Assembly (NCBI GenBank): GCA_964019335.1
Contig: OZ025719.1
Coordinates: 124,001-188,000 of the forward strand
Origin: Diplonema japonicum
Lineage: Eukaryota > Protista > Euglenozoa: Diplonemea
Reading direction: 5' to 3'
DNA: 64,000 nt
The notes beneath the pieces were generated by a model. It worked only from the letters and a program-made list of their open reading frames with translations, was not told the origin of the DNA and searched no databases. This document shows, piece after piece, positions 1-11,410 of the stretch. Both the position numbers and the translations under genes were made by a program. Numbering within the stretch: the first letter of the stretch is position 1; each line of letters starts with the position of its first letter.

Positions 1-1082
1 CCCCACTCCGTGTACTCCAGCCACCGATCCCTGCATGGACAGATTGCCGCCTCACCGCATTTCCAACAGGAAGCAATTTACTCAAGCAACACTTTCGGCT
101 TGTTTGCAGCTCTCACCTCTTCATATCCACACAACTCAGGATACCACTGCTACTCCTGGAAACACCTCTGCGTCCCCTCAACCTTTCATATTTAAGGATC
201 CTGGGTAGAGTGGGGAAATGGGAGGAGAAGTGTAGCAAGAATGTAGATTTTTCTTTGTTTTTTTTTTCGGGGGGAGGGGGGGGGAGTACAAAAAAAAAAC
301 CTTCTTTTTTTTTTTCCCTTTTTTTTTCTTCTCAAAAAAAAAACTTTTTTTTTTCTATTATTTTTTTCCCAATTATTTGAATAGAAAAAAAAAAGAAGAA
401 GAAGAAAAAAAAAAGAAGAAAAAAAGAAGGATGAGTTTTGAGTTTAATTAAAGGGGGAAAAGAAAGGGGGGGGGGGGGGAAACGAGAAGTGTTGGTACAG
501 CAAAAAGAGTACCTGTATTCTGGAGCAGACAGCAGAGTCTGTGTATGTTGCAATGCCTAATGAAAGGTATTTCTTTTTTTTTTTTTTTGTGTGCAAGAAC
601 GAGTCTTTTGGCTTGTTAAAGGGGGGAAGAAAGAAAAAAGGGGATGTTGGAATTGATGTTTTGGGTTGAACACCTACTGGTTTTTAACCCTTAACTTTTT
701 TTTTTAAAAAAAAGAAATACATTTTTGATTCCACCATTGCAAATGCACCCCGCCATAATGAAAAAAAAAAAAATTTTTTTTTTTTCGTTTTTGTCCGATT
801 TTAAATGGCACGAAGTTTCCTTTGTGCATCCCTTCCCATCAGGCTGAAATTCTATTTCATGTGCTGCGGAAAGGGCGCCTTTTGCCTGGTGAAGAATAAC
901 AGCACCTTGAGGGGCAAGACAAGCCTGAAGCTGAGTACAGAAGGGGGCCAATGAAGGGAGACAGTGCGGGAAGGGGGGAGTGCGTGATTTGTTTATAGCA
1001 ACAATACGTATTTAAAGTGTACCAAAAAAAAAAAAAAAAAAACCCCTTTTTTTGTTGTTCTTTTGGTACAATTGAGTGAGCG

Positions 1083-1117
<35 letters not shown>

Positions 1118-1162
1118 AACCCCTTCTCAAGATGTTAGATTTTTTTTTCTTCTTCTTTTTTT

Positions 1163-1202
<40 letters not shown>

Positions 1203-1359
1203 CGCTTCCCCTTCGTTGTATCAGAAAAAAAACTAAAAAAAAGAAAGAATTCCATCCCCCTCCTCAAAAAAATGAGCCGTTCCCTTTTTAGTCGTTTCCC
1301 CCCCCTTTTTTTTCATCACCTATCGACCAGACAGCCTTTAGACAAAAGGGAGGCGTTAC

Positions 1360-1406
<47 letters not shown>

Positions 1407-1410
1407 AATA

Positions 1411-2097
1411 ATGGCAATTCACGTTATGCATGAATCCGCCATGAAGTTCGTGCAAAGGGAAAGGAGCGAAACCCCAAGCAACGAAGAAGGAACCATGACC
1501 AGGGAACAATTTAAAGAAGCGGCGAAGATGATGGAGATGGGTGGCTGGAAGTACTATGATGACGGGTGTTACGTAGTTTGCGAGAGGGCAAAGTGCAGGC
1601 GGAGGATATCTGAAGAGCCACTCGACGATGCAAGCACCAACGAGGAAGAACTAGAAGTCGAAGGCAGTGTGGAGTCAGATGACGATGCCGCTGCCGTCAA
1701 CGCTGTAGTAGGCACCCAAGTCGATGATGCCAACACCAGATACTACACAATCTACATACAATATCACGGGTATTACCAGGTACCTACCTGCTACTTCATC
1801 GGCTACAACTCAAGGTTAGAACCTCTTAGCACCAAGGAAATGTTTGAAGATGTCATGCAACATAAAATTGTCTCCGGGAACCACTGTGAGGCAGCCGGGG
1901 ATGTGTGGATGATGCACATACACGCGTGTACCCACCATAAGAAGCTGGCGGAGCTCCGGCCTTTGAACGTGAAGCCTGAACACCACCACCGCTTTGCTGT
2001 TGCGTCGTATATCGATTACGTGAGTAATCACATCCTACCGTTTGTGGAAATTAAGCATAATTTTGAGTTCACGCGTGATTACTCTAAGTTCGTGTAG
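1411..2097 (+). CDS. Divergent Atg3-like autophagy E2-like conjugating enzyme (Atg3/Atg10 family)
   Basis: Collinear Atg3-like blocks: N-terminal EEGTMTREQF..AA, acidic flexible region, YTIYIQYHGYYQVPTCYFIGYN..LEPLS..EMFEDV, active-site-like HIHACTH (canonical HPC), C-terminal ILPFVEI...EFTRD. Intact 228-aa ORF. Confidence 0.8.
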   Translation: MAIHVMHESAMKFVQRERSETPSNEEGTMTREQFKEAAKMMEMGGWKYYDDGCYVVCERAKCRRRISEEPLDDASTNEEELEVEGSVESDDDAAAVNAVVGTQVDDANTRYYTIYIQYHGYYQVPTCYFIGYNSRLEPLSTKEMFEDVMQHKIVSGNHCEAAGDVWMMHIHACTHHKKLAELRPLNVKPEHHHRFAVASYIDYVSNHILPFVEIKHNFEFTRDYSKFV

Positions 2098-2291
2098 GGG
2101 GGGGGGCCAAACGGGGGGCCCCAAAAATTAGAACATGATTCTGGGCACTTCTGGGGCCGGAAACCATCGGGAAACGGGGGGTGATTTGTGGGCACTTTTG
2201 GGGTGGTTACAGTTTTTTTAAGGGCCCAAAATGCCCTTGGCGAAGAGCTTGAAAAAGGGCAAAAAACGACCCCCTTATGACCCCCCCCCTA
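2096..2291. mobile_element. Short non-autonomous repeat (MITE-like) with G-run/C-run termini
   Basis: Internal sequence matches 33319-33504 (partly inverted) and 10262-10345; right end reads TATGACCCCCCCCTA. Confidence 0.5.
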
Positions 2292-2650
2292 TTTTATGTT
2301 CCAGGGGGGGTATATAAAAAAGTGTTTTCTATCCTATTTTTCTTTGGAGGAGGCTTCCTGGGCGGTGTGTGTTATCTGGGGGGGGGGAGTATTTTATTCT
2401 TCCAGTTTGTCGGCCTTGAAAATGGGGATCTTTAGATCTTACCCCTTTCTTTTTTTTTCTGAGTAGAAATGATCCTAAAAAAAAAAAAAGAATCGTTTTT
2501 ATTATTTTGATATTTTAATATATCCCCCTCCCTCCCTCCACCCGTATCTGTGGCAAACACAACCAAGCTCATACCGTGCAAGAGGTTTACTATCCACCCC
2601 CTTCCCCCCCCCATATCTACAAACTAAGCTTAGAACACTGCAAGGGAAAT

Positions 2651-3451
2651 ATGGTCGGTGAAGAAGAATCACAACAGGTCGAGCCATCCAAGAGTGCAGT
2701 CGAAGGCAAGAAAGGGATCCTTCTACAAGGCGTGGCACAGGATGTGTCGGTAGAGTTCTTCCAGCGGCGAGGGTGCGTCACACACCAGGTGCATCTCGTG
2801 TCAAAGCTGCACGGCGACGATGGGCTGAAGGACCTGGTACTGTACCCGAGGGAGGGCAGTGCCTACGCAAAGGTAGACCGACTGAAGAAAGCCGTGAACT
2901 GCAAAGCGGCAAAGGTGGTCACGTTAAAAAACGAGGAAACGAAAAAAAGAAAACCGACGAGGGTGGTGATGTACCAGGTAGTTGGTGTCAACGAACTGCA
3001 CAGCCACGATGTGGAGAATCTCATCACATTGTTCAACACCCGTGCGGGGACCTGCGTGAAAAAGCTAAACTACGAGGTGGGGAACAGCGGTAGGGGTAGG
3101 AAGAAAAACACGAAGATCTGCACAATCTACGTTCAGGTGGAGGACAAGCATGGAGCAGTGAACATCGCAAACTGTGCGGTCCCACTATTCGACAGCGAGC
3201 CGTACAAGCTGGTAGACTCTAGCGTGGTGTACCTCAACACACTGCAAACCTCCCCAAAACCATACGTTTTCCACCATGAAAAGTTTCCAAAGCATGTGAA
3301 GCGGCAGGCTCCGCAATATCCCCTTGAACCAGAGGTACAACTTGCGTGGGGCCCAGACGAAAGTTTCTCTAACTTTGATGTGGATGAAAGAAGTCCAGAT
3401 GTTGGCAACGAGGTACCTGAAGAGAACTCAAGAAGGCTGTATGAGCGATGA
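2651..3451 (+). CDS. Tandem family member 1: double RRM-like protein, acidic tail without HxPY
   Basis: ATG at 2651; motifs GILLQG..QVHLVSK..KDLVLY..RVVMYQV..TIYVQV..YLNTLQTSPKPYVFHH are shared with the other members; core is nearly identical to 9523-10161. Confidence 0.8.
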   Translation: MVGEEESQQVEPSKSAVEGKKGILLQGVAQDVSVEFFQRRGCVTHQVHLVSKLHGDDGLKDLVLYPREGSAYAKVDRLKKAVNCKAAKVVTLKNEETKKRKPTRVVMYQVVGVNELHSHDVENLITLFNTRAGTCVKKLNYEVGNSGRGRKKNTKICTIYVQVEDKHGAVNIANCAVPLFDSEPYKLVDSSVVYLNTLQTSPKPYVFHHEKFPKHVKRQAPQYPLEPEVQLAWGPDESFSNFDVDERSPDVGNEVPEENSRRLYER

Positions 3452-3711
3452 AAGGTTTCATAGGTGAGGAAGACGCAGGAGCAAGGCATCGTACCTCGTC
3501 GGCATTGGAGGTAAGGCAGCTATTGGCTTCTCCAGGAGGCCCTTTTCGCCACCCACTCCATGCACGACAAGCTGATGGAATTGAAAGCCGCCTACAAGCG
3601 GGACCGCATGATGAAAGCAATCAACGACCCTCTAGCTCGGGGGGCTTGTCCTGTGCTTTGAGTTGTTTTTTTTTTTTTGTTACAATTATTTATCTTTCAA
3701 AAAATGATTTT

Positions 3712-3802
3712 ATAACTATATGCAACTTGTGCCGAGCAAAAAAACTTTCGCAGCTTTTTAAAAATCTTTTTTGCTCGTGCGAACAACAAAGACATATAGT
3801 CA
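3712..3802. mobile_element. Short hairpin element with ACTATATG...CATATAGT ends
   Basis: Inverted termini; a reverse-orientation copy lies at 11411-11531. Confidence 0.5.
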
Positions 3803-3817
3803 TAAAGAATTATTATT

Positions 3818-3860
<43 letters not shown>

Positions 3861-3861
<1 letters not shown>

Positions 3862-4370
3862 TGATGGACAGGCTGCTGGGGCCGGTGCTGAGGTGGCTGA
3901 GTGGCTTGCTGTGGGATGACGCCCCTGGACGGCACACGACGGTTACGACGCTGGAGCTTGCCCTCGACTTCGAGCGGGAGACGGAGCTGCCGCTAGACGA
4001 CGGCGGGGAAGTGGGCAAGGTGGAGGACCTGGGCGTCAAGGCAAGAAGGCTGAGGTATGTGCTGAGACGTGTCCAGGACCTGTACCACGCTGATGGCAGA
4101 GGGACGGCGTTCCCAGCAGCGCGAGTGGATCGCGTCAACTCCTTGCGCTGTATAGGAGGACCGACCACATGAAAGGAGGCCAGTGCTCCCGGAGCGAACC
4201 ATGAGCAGCATCGAAGGCTTGCGTGACACGTACCTGTCGCAGACCCCGACAAGGCTGCCCCGCAGTTTTACCACCGCAGTAGGAACCCGCCAGAGCCCCC
4301 AGAACGGGGACAACGGGGACTAAGAACAGCGCGGCCGGTGAGCGCAAAAACGCATACCTTAAAAGAGTAG
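3861..4370 (+). mobile_element. 5'-truncated non-LTR retrotransposon fragment (family B), T-run flanked
   Basis: Encodes VLRWLSGLLW..TTVTTLELALDFE..KARRL..FPA..SLRCIG, homologous to the C-terminus of the 59264-60426 element; T-runs at 3819-3860 and 4371-4385. Confidence 0.7.
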
Positions 4371-4385
4371 TTTTTTTTTTTTTTT

Positions 4386-5099
4386 CACATCAGCCTGCCA
4401 AGAGTCAAGGAACTCCACCTGATGCTTGCAGATATTGCAGGAAAACTCGATTGTCTGCACGCCGACAAGCAGGTCAGGTACGAAAACCAGCACTTCTGGA
4501 ATAGACCTTTCCAGCCAGGGAACCTCTTAACCCCGAAACCTCTCACTTGGTACCACAAGAACGGGCTGGCGAAGAAGTACTTCCCAGGCCTAATCCCGTT
4601 TATCCTCAAATGGCTGAAAGCCCTCAAGTGGGGCAAGGACGGTGGGCAGGTGTCCAAGGCGGAACTTGCGGTCGACCTAATTGCAACAGAAAGGATCCAC
4701 ATGGAGGGTGAAGACCTAGCGAGCTGGGCAAGAAAAATCGGCGGAATCCTAAGAGTTTTGGACAGGATTCACCAAAAAGGCACGGGGAGTCACCTGATTC
4801 CAGCAGAACCTAGGAAATCAGTACACTCTTTGCGTACCCTAGGGCTCCACAGCCAACCCATCACTGGGTACTCCACTCGTCCGGTCTTCGCAACCCCGAA
4901 GGTCACCCACCCTATCCTAGAGGAACAGTTACGAACTCATTGCATCCTCAACAACTCGCTAGTTGGTTTCACGCCCAAGCTGCTGAAAAGATACTACGAC
5001 GGGCCTAAGGCACTACCACGACAGAAGGGATCAAACACTAGATGAGTTGATTGTCGTTAGGCGATCCTGTCACATACTGCAGGTTCCCTCAAAGACATC
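4386..5099 (+). mobile_element. 5'-truncated non-LTR retrotransposon fragment (family C)
   Basis: ORF 4422-5045 contains ILKWLKALKW..ELAVDL..IPAE..HSLRTLG..RPVFA (same C-terminal domain); T-run follows at 5100; the same 3' end recurs at 61653-61763. Confidence 0.7.
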
Positions 5100-5111
5100 T
5101 TTTTTTGTTTT

Positions 5112-5151
5112 GGCGGGCCGTTGCTAACCACTTCGTTCCTATCATAGTGAA
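5112..5151 (+). mobile_element. ~40-bp 3' tip of non-LTR family D
   Basis: GGCGGGCCGTTGCTAACCACTTCGTTCCTATCATAGTGAA also occurs at the end of the 11800-12256 element and, with small variants, at 8226 and 27246; T-rich sequence follows each copy. Confidence 0.65.
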
Positions 5152-5770
5152 TTTCTTTTTTTGTGGCCTGTTCCCTAGCTCTTGTGTGAAAGCCTTCTTA
5201 CCGAATTAGTGAAACCTACGTCAAGTACGTCAAGGTTCTTGATTCGGCAAAAAGGATAAAATGTCAAGCGTCTTGTTGTGGCTAATTTTAACCACAGGTG
5301 CTGCACTTGGTGGTGCTTTCCACGGTTTCTCACTTTCTTTTTGTTCTCCCCTTCTCCCTCTTTTTTTTTTTTTTTTATTTCTGAGGATACATTTTTACGA
5401 AGGGGAAGTCGGGGAGGGTTTTTTTCTCTCTTTTTTTTCCCCCTCCTTCTTTGCTGCACTGGCTGCTGTGCCTTAATTAGCAGATTCTTTTTCTTTCTTT
5501 TTTTCTTTTCTTTTACATCTTAGTTGATGTTTGCATGTGTATGCACAAAGATGTAAAAAGAAGAAAGCAAAAAAGGAATAAAGGAATCTGCTATAAAATT
5601 AGGGCGCAGGACCCACCAGTCAGGATAGTTGCAGACCCACCCCTGCTGCACTGAAAACACATCTCCCAGGAAATCGAGTCACGGGGAAGAGAGGGGAGGC
5701 CCCCCTTTTTTTTTCGCAGAACGTGGCAAACAATCAATTTATAGTTTAAACCCCCCCTCCCCTTCCCCCA

Positions 5771-6292
5771 GGGCTATGTTGGCAAAGAATCGCGTTTCCA
5801 AGCATTTTCTTTTTGAAAATAAGGAAACGGAAACGTTTCTTTTTTTTTTTTGAGATGGAACAGAGGGCCAGTTTTTTGCATCAGAGAAAACCAAAAAGGA
5901 CCTTAAGAAACTGGGCAAGGAGGTGGCAAGAAGAAAGAGAAGGTACTTTAAGAAAGGTAACACAGCCGAAAAAGAAAGAAAGGCCGAGGACCCGGAAGAG
6001 ACAAGGGGGACGTTCCAAAACAAGAACCTCCTTTATCTCATCTCTTTTTTTTATAGGGGCCGTTTCCTTAAGAAGGAAACGCGTTTTCCCTAACCCCCCT
6101 CAGATCCGAAAAAGTGACCCGCCGTAGTCTCAAAGGGGTTCCCATGGGGGTACACAGGGGAAAACCAAAAAAGAATGTCCGGAGGTTCACTGGAACCTTT
6201 TTTCCATTCCAGCCCTAGAAAAAACATCTGAAGGGTTCAATATCTGCAACGGAAAACGGAAACGTTTCCCCGTTTTTCTGCCAACATAGCCC
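5771..6292. mobile_element. MITE with 14-bp TIR GGGCTATGTTGGCA, interrupted by a retroelement fragment
   Basis: Perfect inverted termini GGGCTATGTTGGCA / TGCCAACATAGCCC; internal AAACGGAAACG repeats; short relative at 27807-27910. Confidence 0.65.
5852..6044 (+). mobile_element. 3' end of non-LTR family A nested in a MITE
   Basis: Matches about 60215-60426 (with a short deletion) and ends ...CCTCCTTTATCTCATCTC; T-runs on both sides. Confidence 0.75.
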
Positions 6293-6634
6293 CCCCTTCC
6301 CCCGAACTTCCTATCTATCTGAGCTTCTTCTTCGTTTTTTTCTACACAGTAAACCTTCTGCGGAGCCTGCTCCACACCACACACCCCCATATTTACACGG
6401 AGGGGGAGGGTGGTTTGGGATTTTAAAAAACCACCCTTCGCCGGCAGCGTTTAGTTTGTTATTCTTATTAAAAAAAGAAAAGAAAACAACATTGTTTAGG
6501 TACCAAATGTTTCAATGAATATATACCTCGACCGGCGACGGACGTAGATCGACGGACCCTAAGCTCAGCTCGGTAGGAGCACAAAAAGCAAGAAAAAAGT
6601 TTTTTCAACGCACACCTTAAGTTTTTTTTTATTA

Positions 6635-8158
6635 CTGTAAAACGAATAATGTCGGACGGAAAAATTCTCGGACAGAAAAACTCCCGGACACCAAAAAAAC
6701 CCGGACATTTTTCCGTCCGGGAGTTTTTCTGGGAAGAAGTTTTTTTACTTAAGGGGGGTAGCAGCTCCCACCACGTTTGCCTGGAAGGGCTTTATTCCTT
6801 GTGCAGAGCCAAAATGTCACCCTGCGTGGCAGTTTGAATTTTTCTTCCCCTTTCAATGCACCAACAAACAGCACCCACGGGATCTTTAACTTCTCATAAA
6901 CCCGTACTTCTTTCGTCAGATTGACCAGTTCGACTACCCAAGGCACGTTGAGCAGCTGGCTTGTGAGGGGCCCAACTTTGGTGCTGACACCCCCGGCCAG
7001 CTCACCCCTGAGATAAACTCCTTACACCGGGCCAGTACAAACCCCCGAAAGCAGCTTGGCAGCCTCTGCCTCGGTCAGAAGACGGCAGCAACAGGTTCAA
7101 CAGAGTCCCCGGTTTCTTCCAGACGGAAATACTGGACGTTGCTATTCCACCCAACCACACCCTGGCCGCCGCGACGCCGTGATAGCTGCGTATCGCCCAA
7201 TACGGGATTTAGCATCCTTCGGGGGCTGAAAGGTTTTTGCTTGAGTCGATAGGTAAACGGGCTTGGTGAGCCTATCCCAGCACAACAAATATGCACCTAT
7301 GCAGAAGGGTTGTTGTGCGCCAATCCAGCCCGAAAGACAGACCTGGTAGACTTTGGTGGGGCACTGTCCTTTTCCACTGACTAGGCTGACAAAATTTTGC
7401 AGCAAGAAAGACAAAAGCCGCAAGCCACCTCCGGAAAGCCCGGAAACGAGAAGGACAACGAGAAGGCACGCTGTTTCACCATGGAATTCAGGTCCATAAT
7501 CGACACCCATAAAGTAAGGCCGGAATTGGTCTGGAATACGGGGTTAAAAACCAAAACAAAAAGGGGTGCTAAGGTCGTAAAAGTCCGTGGCTTGGGGGAC
7601 AAAACGGGCTATAACCGAACAGCTGGCTGTTTCCTTGGCTGGATGGTTAAATACAAAGGCAAAGCGGAAACGCAACCGGCAGGGATTATCCGTGCCCCGG
7701 TCAAGCACCCGCCCACCGAATGGAGCCTAACGGCATCGCCCAATCATTGGGCTAATGCTTGTCGGCGACCACAACTCTCACACGACCTATGCCTATGGGT
7801 TCGTAGAGTGGTTCGCAGGCGCAAACGTGCACATTGCTTTTGTCCCCCTGGGCTCACCTACATGGTTCAACCGATGGATTTTGGGTTGAACGCAGCTGTA
7901 AAGCATCTATTAAGAAAGGTAGTAGGCCACACGAAGGCTCGACAAGCTGATTGCCTCAGGGCAGCAAGGGAGGACAAAGATGCAGAAAGGGAACCCTGGG
8001 GGTTTCTTCGCGCGGTTGCCGTTTGCAGCCCAGGCCAGTATGTAGGTGGTAGTGGACCAGGCCCCCTGACTTACCTAAAAAAAATTCCCGGACGGAAAAA
8101 TTCCTGGACGCCAAAAAAACTCGGACATTTTTCCGTCCGGGAGTTTTTCGTTTTACAG
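6635..8158 (+). mobile_element. Degenerate pogo/Tigger-like (Tc1/mariner superfamily) DNA transposon
   Basis: TA|CTGTAAAACG ... CGTTTTACAG|TA termini with TA target duplication; remnant PPGLTYMVQPMDFGLNAAVKHLLR resembles the pogo DDE_1 QP(L/M)D motif. Confidence 0.75.
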
Positions 8159-8173
8159 TATTTTATTTTATTT

Positions 8174-8218
<45 letters not shown>

Positions 8219-8225
8219 CTTTTGT

Positions 8226-8263
8226 GGCGGGCCGTTGCTAACCTCGTTCCTATCATAGTGAAA
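8226..8263 (+). mobile_element. 3' tip of non-LTR family D
   Basis: Same ~40-bp sequence as 5112-5151, between long T-runs. Confidence 0.6.
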
Positions 8264-8622
8264 TTTCTTTTTTTTTTTTTAGCTTACTCCCTTTGCTAGT
8301 ATCCCCTCCCCCATCATAAAATAAGTTTCTTTACTGTAAAGCAACAGGTCCAGCCTTTGAGGGGCGAAAAAAAAAATTAGAAAAAAAAAGAAAAAGAAAG
8401 AATGAGGGTGAAAAGAAAAAAAAAACGGGTGGAAGAGTGGGGGGGAGTATATATATTCGCTCGCCGATAGTTCTTCTTCTTTTTTCTTCTTCTAGTGTCC
8501 CCCCCCCCCCCCCCCCCCAAAGACGTCCAAGCAGTATTATAGCCATCTGGCAGCTGTGTTTCCCAAGAGTCTTCGGCACACACACAAGATTGCCCACACT
8601 AATTCCTAGCACCTACAGGACG

Positions 8623-9378
8623 ATGAATAATGAGCTATCGACGGGGCTACACTTAAAAGCTATCTCACACGCTGTGACTTGCAAATGGCTAAAAGACTTA
8701 GGGTGCGAAGTGGTGCAGGTACATCTCAAATCGATGAGCAACAACGAGAGGAAAGATGTTTTCGTCAAGATAACGAACGGCAAGAAAATACGTGATATGA
8801 AGTGGAAAACAGCAATGGCTCTGCAGAAGAACGGATACAAAGGGGTTGTGAAAACAACCAACATTTCAGAGACCAAACCGCGAGAACCCACCCGTGTCAT
8901 CATGATTCAAGTATCAGGAGCAGGGCGCCATATATCGCTTCAAAAGAATGACGTTGTAATTATACTCAAGAAGTTTGAGGACCGCACGCACCAAAGTTAT
9001 GTTGCTATGAACTGGAGTCGTGAATCTTCATTCGTCGTCCAAATTTACGTAGAGGTCAAGACGAGAGAGGCTGCAGAGAAAATCTTAAGGGGCCCCACCT
9101 TCGACAGCGTGCCTCACAAGTTGGAAGACGGAACTCTAGTTTATCTCAACACTATTCTGACTTGCAAGAAAACGCATGCTTACGAAACTGTCGATGTACC
9201 ATCTCCTGCTCCTTCAGGCACTGCGCTGCCAGTTTCTTCTACGGAGCCCACTGTGGCTTCTGAAGCTTCTCCTGCGGCTGCGACGCCCTCTCCTGTGGTA
9301 TCCGCACGCACAGGCGTCTTATGCCCGCCTAAAGTATCTTCTGTTTTCCGCCACGATCCTTATAATAACGGTAATTGA
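8623..9378 (+). CDS. Tandem family member 2: double RRM-like protein, P/S/A-rich tail ending in RHDPY
   Basis: ATG at 8623; GLHLKAI..QVHLKS..RKDVFV..PTRVIMIQV..QIYVEV..FDSVPHKLEDG..VYLNTILT; HDPY at 9352-9363. Confidence 0.8.
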   Translation: MNNELSTGLHLKAISHAVTCKWLKDLGCEVVQVHLKSMSNNERKDVFVKITNGKKIRDMKWKTAMALQKNGYKGVVKTTNISETKPREPTRVIMIQVSGAGRHISLQKNDVVIILKKFEDRTHQSYVAMNWSRESSFVVQIYVEVKTREAAEKILRGPTFDSVPHKLEDGTLVYLNTILTCKKTHAYETVDVPSPAPSGTALPVSSTEPTVASEASPAAATPSPVVSARTGVLCPPKVSSVFRHDPYNNGN

Positions 9379-9522
9379 TTTTTCTTGGATCTTACCCCTT
9401 CCTTTTTTTCTCTTTCTTCGGGCTTTTTGGGTGTCGGTACTCAAAGAGGTTTACAGTATCCCTCCCCCCCCCCATTTTTCTACAAACTAAGCTTAGAACA
9501 TTGTAGGGGCGGTGAGGGAAAT

Positions 9523-10272
9523 ATGGTCGGTGAAGAAGAATCACAACAGGTCGAGCCATCCACGAGTGCAGTCGAAGGCAAGAAAGGGATCCTTCTACAA
9601 GGCGTGGCACAGGATGTGTCGGTAGAGTTCTTCCAGCGGCGAGGGTGCGTCACACACCAGGTGCATCTCGTGTCAAAGCTGCACGGCGACGATGGGCTGA
9701 AGGACCTGGTACTGTACCCGAGGGAGGGCAGTGCCTACGCAAAGGTAGACCGACTGAAGAAAGCCGTGAACTGCAAAGCGGCAAAGGTGGTCACGTTAAA
9801 AAACGAGGAAACGAAAAAAAGAAAACCGACGAGGGTGGTGATGTACCAGGTAGTTGGTGTCAACGAACTGCACAGCCACGATGTGGAGAATCTCATCACA
9901 TTGTTCAACACCCGTGCGGGGACCTGCGTGAAAAAGCTAAACTACGAGGTGGGGAACAGCGGTAGGGGTAGGAAGAAAAACACGAAGATCTGCACAATCT
10001 ACGTTCAGGTGGAGGACAAGCATGGAGCAGTGAACATCGCAAACTGTGCGGTCCCACTATTCGACAGCGAGCCGTACAAGCTGGTAGACTCTAGCGTGGT
10101 GTACCTCAACACACTGCAAACCTCCCCAAAACCATACGTTTTCTGCCATGAAAAGTTTCCACAGCAAGTGGCCCCTACTGTGGAGTCGCAAGCCCCTTCT
10201 GCGCCTCCCCCACCACAGCACGACCCCAACCGGTACGCGCACACGCACAGCCCGTACACGTGGTCCCAATAA
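9523..10272 (+). CDS. Tandem family member 3: recent duplicate of member 1 with a different tail (HDPN..HSPY)
   Basis: ATG at 9523; nucleotide sequence nearly identical to member 1 up to HEKFP, unrelated after that. Confidence 0.8.
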   Translation: MVGEEESQQVEPSTSAVEGKKGILLQGVAQDVSVEFFQRRGCVTHQVHLVSKLHGDDGLKDLVLYPREGSAYAKVDRLKKAVNCKAAKVVTLKNEETKKRKPTRVVMYQVVGVNELHSHDVENLITLFNTRAGTCVKKLNYEVGNSGRGRKKNTKICTIYVQVEDKHGAVNIANCAVPLFDSEPYKLVDSSVVYLNTLQTSPKPYVFCHEKFPQQVAPTVESQAPSAPPPPQHDPNRYAHTHSPYTWSQ

Positions 10273-10344
10273 TTAGAACACGATCCTGGGCCTTCTGGGC
10301 CAAAAACCATCGGGAAATGGGTTGAGTTTGGGCACTTTGGACGG

Positions 10345-10486
10345 AGGGCCCTCGATGGTAAAATGCGGAACCGAGAGGCGAAAAAGTTATTCCTCGACAT
10401 AGGTAAATGGTTTTATTTCACAACTCTCTGGAATTACTTCACCACGGGGGAGCAAAAGAGGTGACCCGCGCACCGAGATTGATCAC

Positions 10487-10487
<1 letters not shown>
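10345..10487. repeat. Partial copy of the 21398-22072 / 45950-46258 repeat family
   Basis: Shares CCTCGATGGTAAAA and TAGGTAA.TGGTTTTATTTCAC.AC.CTCTG.AATTACTTCACCACG. Confidence 0.5.
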
Positions 10488-10517
<30 letters not shown>

Positions 10518-11410
10518 GACTTCGACCGGTTTTTCTTTTAAGACTGTGTACCTGGGTCAAGAACTTATTTTTTGTTTTGTTTTGTTTTTGTTTAAAAACG
10601 AGTCTTTGACTTGTCTACATCCCGTCTCTTTTTTTTTCTTTTTTTTTTTCTTGAAGCACTATAATTTTTTTTTCCGTTTCACAGTCCCCCTTTTGACAAC
10701 AAAAGCTTCCGAACAGAACGAAAACTAGGGGGGCAAAAAAAAAAAAAAAAGAAGCATAAAAAAATTTTTTGTTGTCAAAGCTCCTCAGCTTCCTTTCCTT
10801 TAAGGACTAGCAAACTAACAAACAAACAAATAATGAAAAAAAGAAAATAATGAAATAAAGTAATGAACGAAACACTCATTAACAGTTAACTGGCTTTTTT
10901 ACTATTTGTCCCATGTTTGAGTTTGGCACCTTTGTTCGTTCTTCGTTTCTCAAGGCTCATCCGGCTTTCACATACAACAAAAGCCGACTCTGACAGAATT
11001 TACTGATATAGCATAGGCAACCCCCCCAAAAAAGCTTTAACTGTTGCACTTCAGGTTTGATATCTCTTACCAGTCAAGCTACCTTTTTTTATTTTTTGTA
11101 TTTATAGCACAATCAAAACAAAAATTCTTTCGAACTCCCCCTCCCCCCCCCAAAAAAAATGTGTTGGCATTTTAATCCATCATTTAAAAGAGAAAAGCAG
11201 CATACACTGTAACCTATTTTTGTTTCCACTAAACCATGTAAGTAAGAACTTTTTTATCAACCATGCTTTGTATCCTTCAAGCCATGAGTACATCTGGGGT
11301 GCCAGGTGGCGGGCTTCCTTAGACCCTCGGACAGGCAGAAGGAGTGGGGCATAAAAGTGTAAAAGAGGTTGCAGTGGACGGTTGTTTTCTCAAAAAAAAA
11401 ATTTTTTTTT

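Noticed and set aside
1-960. Short ORFs at 10-195 and 691-951
   Set aside because: No recognisable motif or second copy in the window; cannot be supported.
3448-3864. ORF overlapping the stop of member 1 (ATGA), suggesting an operon
   Set aside because: It runs into repeat and poly-T sequence and has no recognisable motif.
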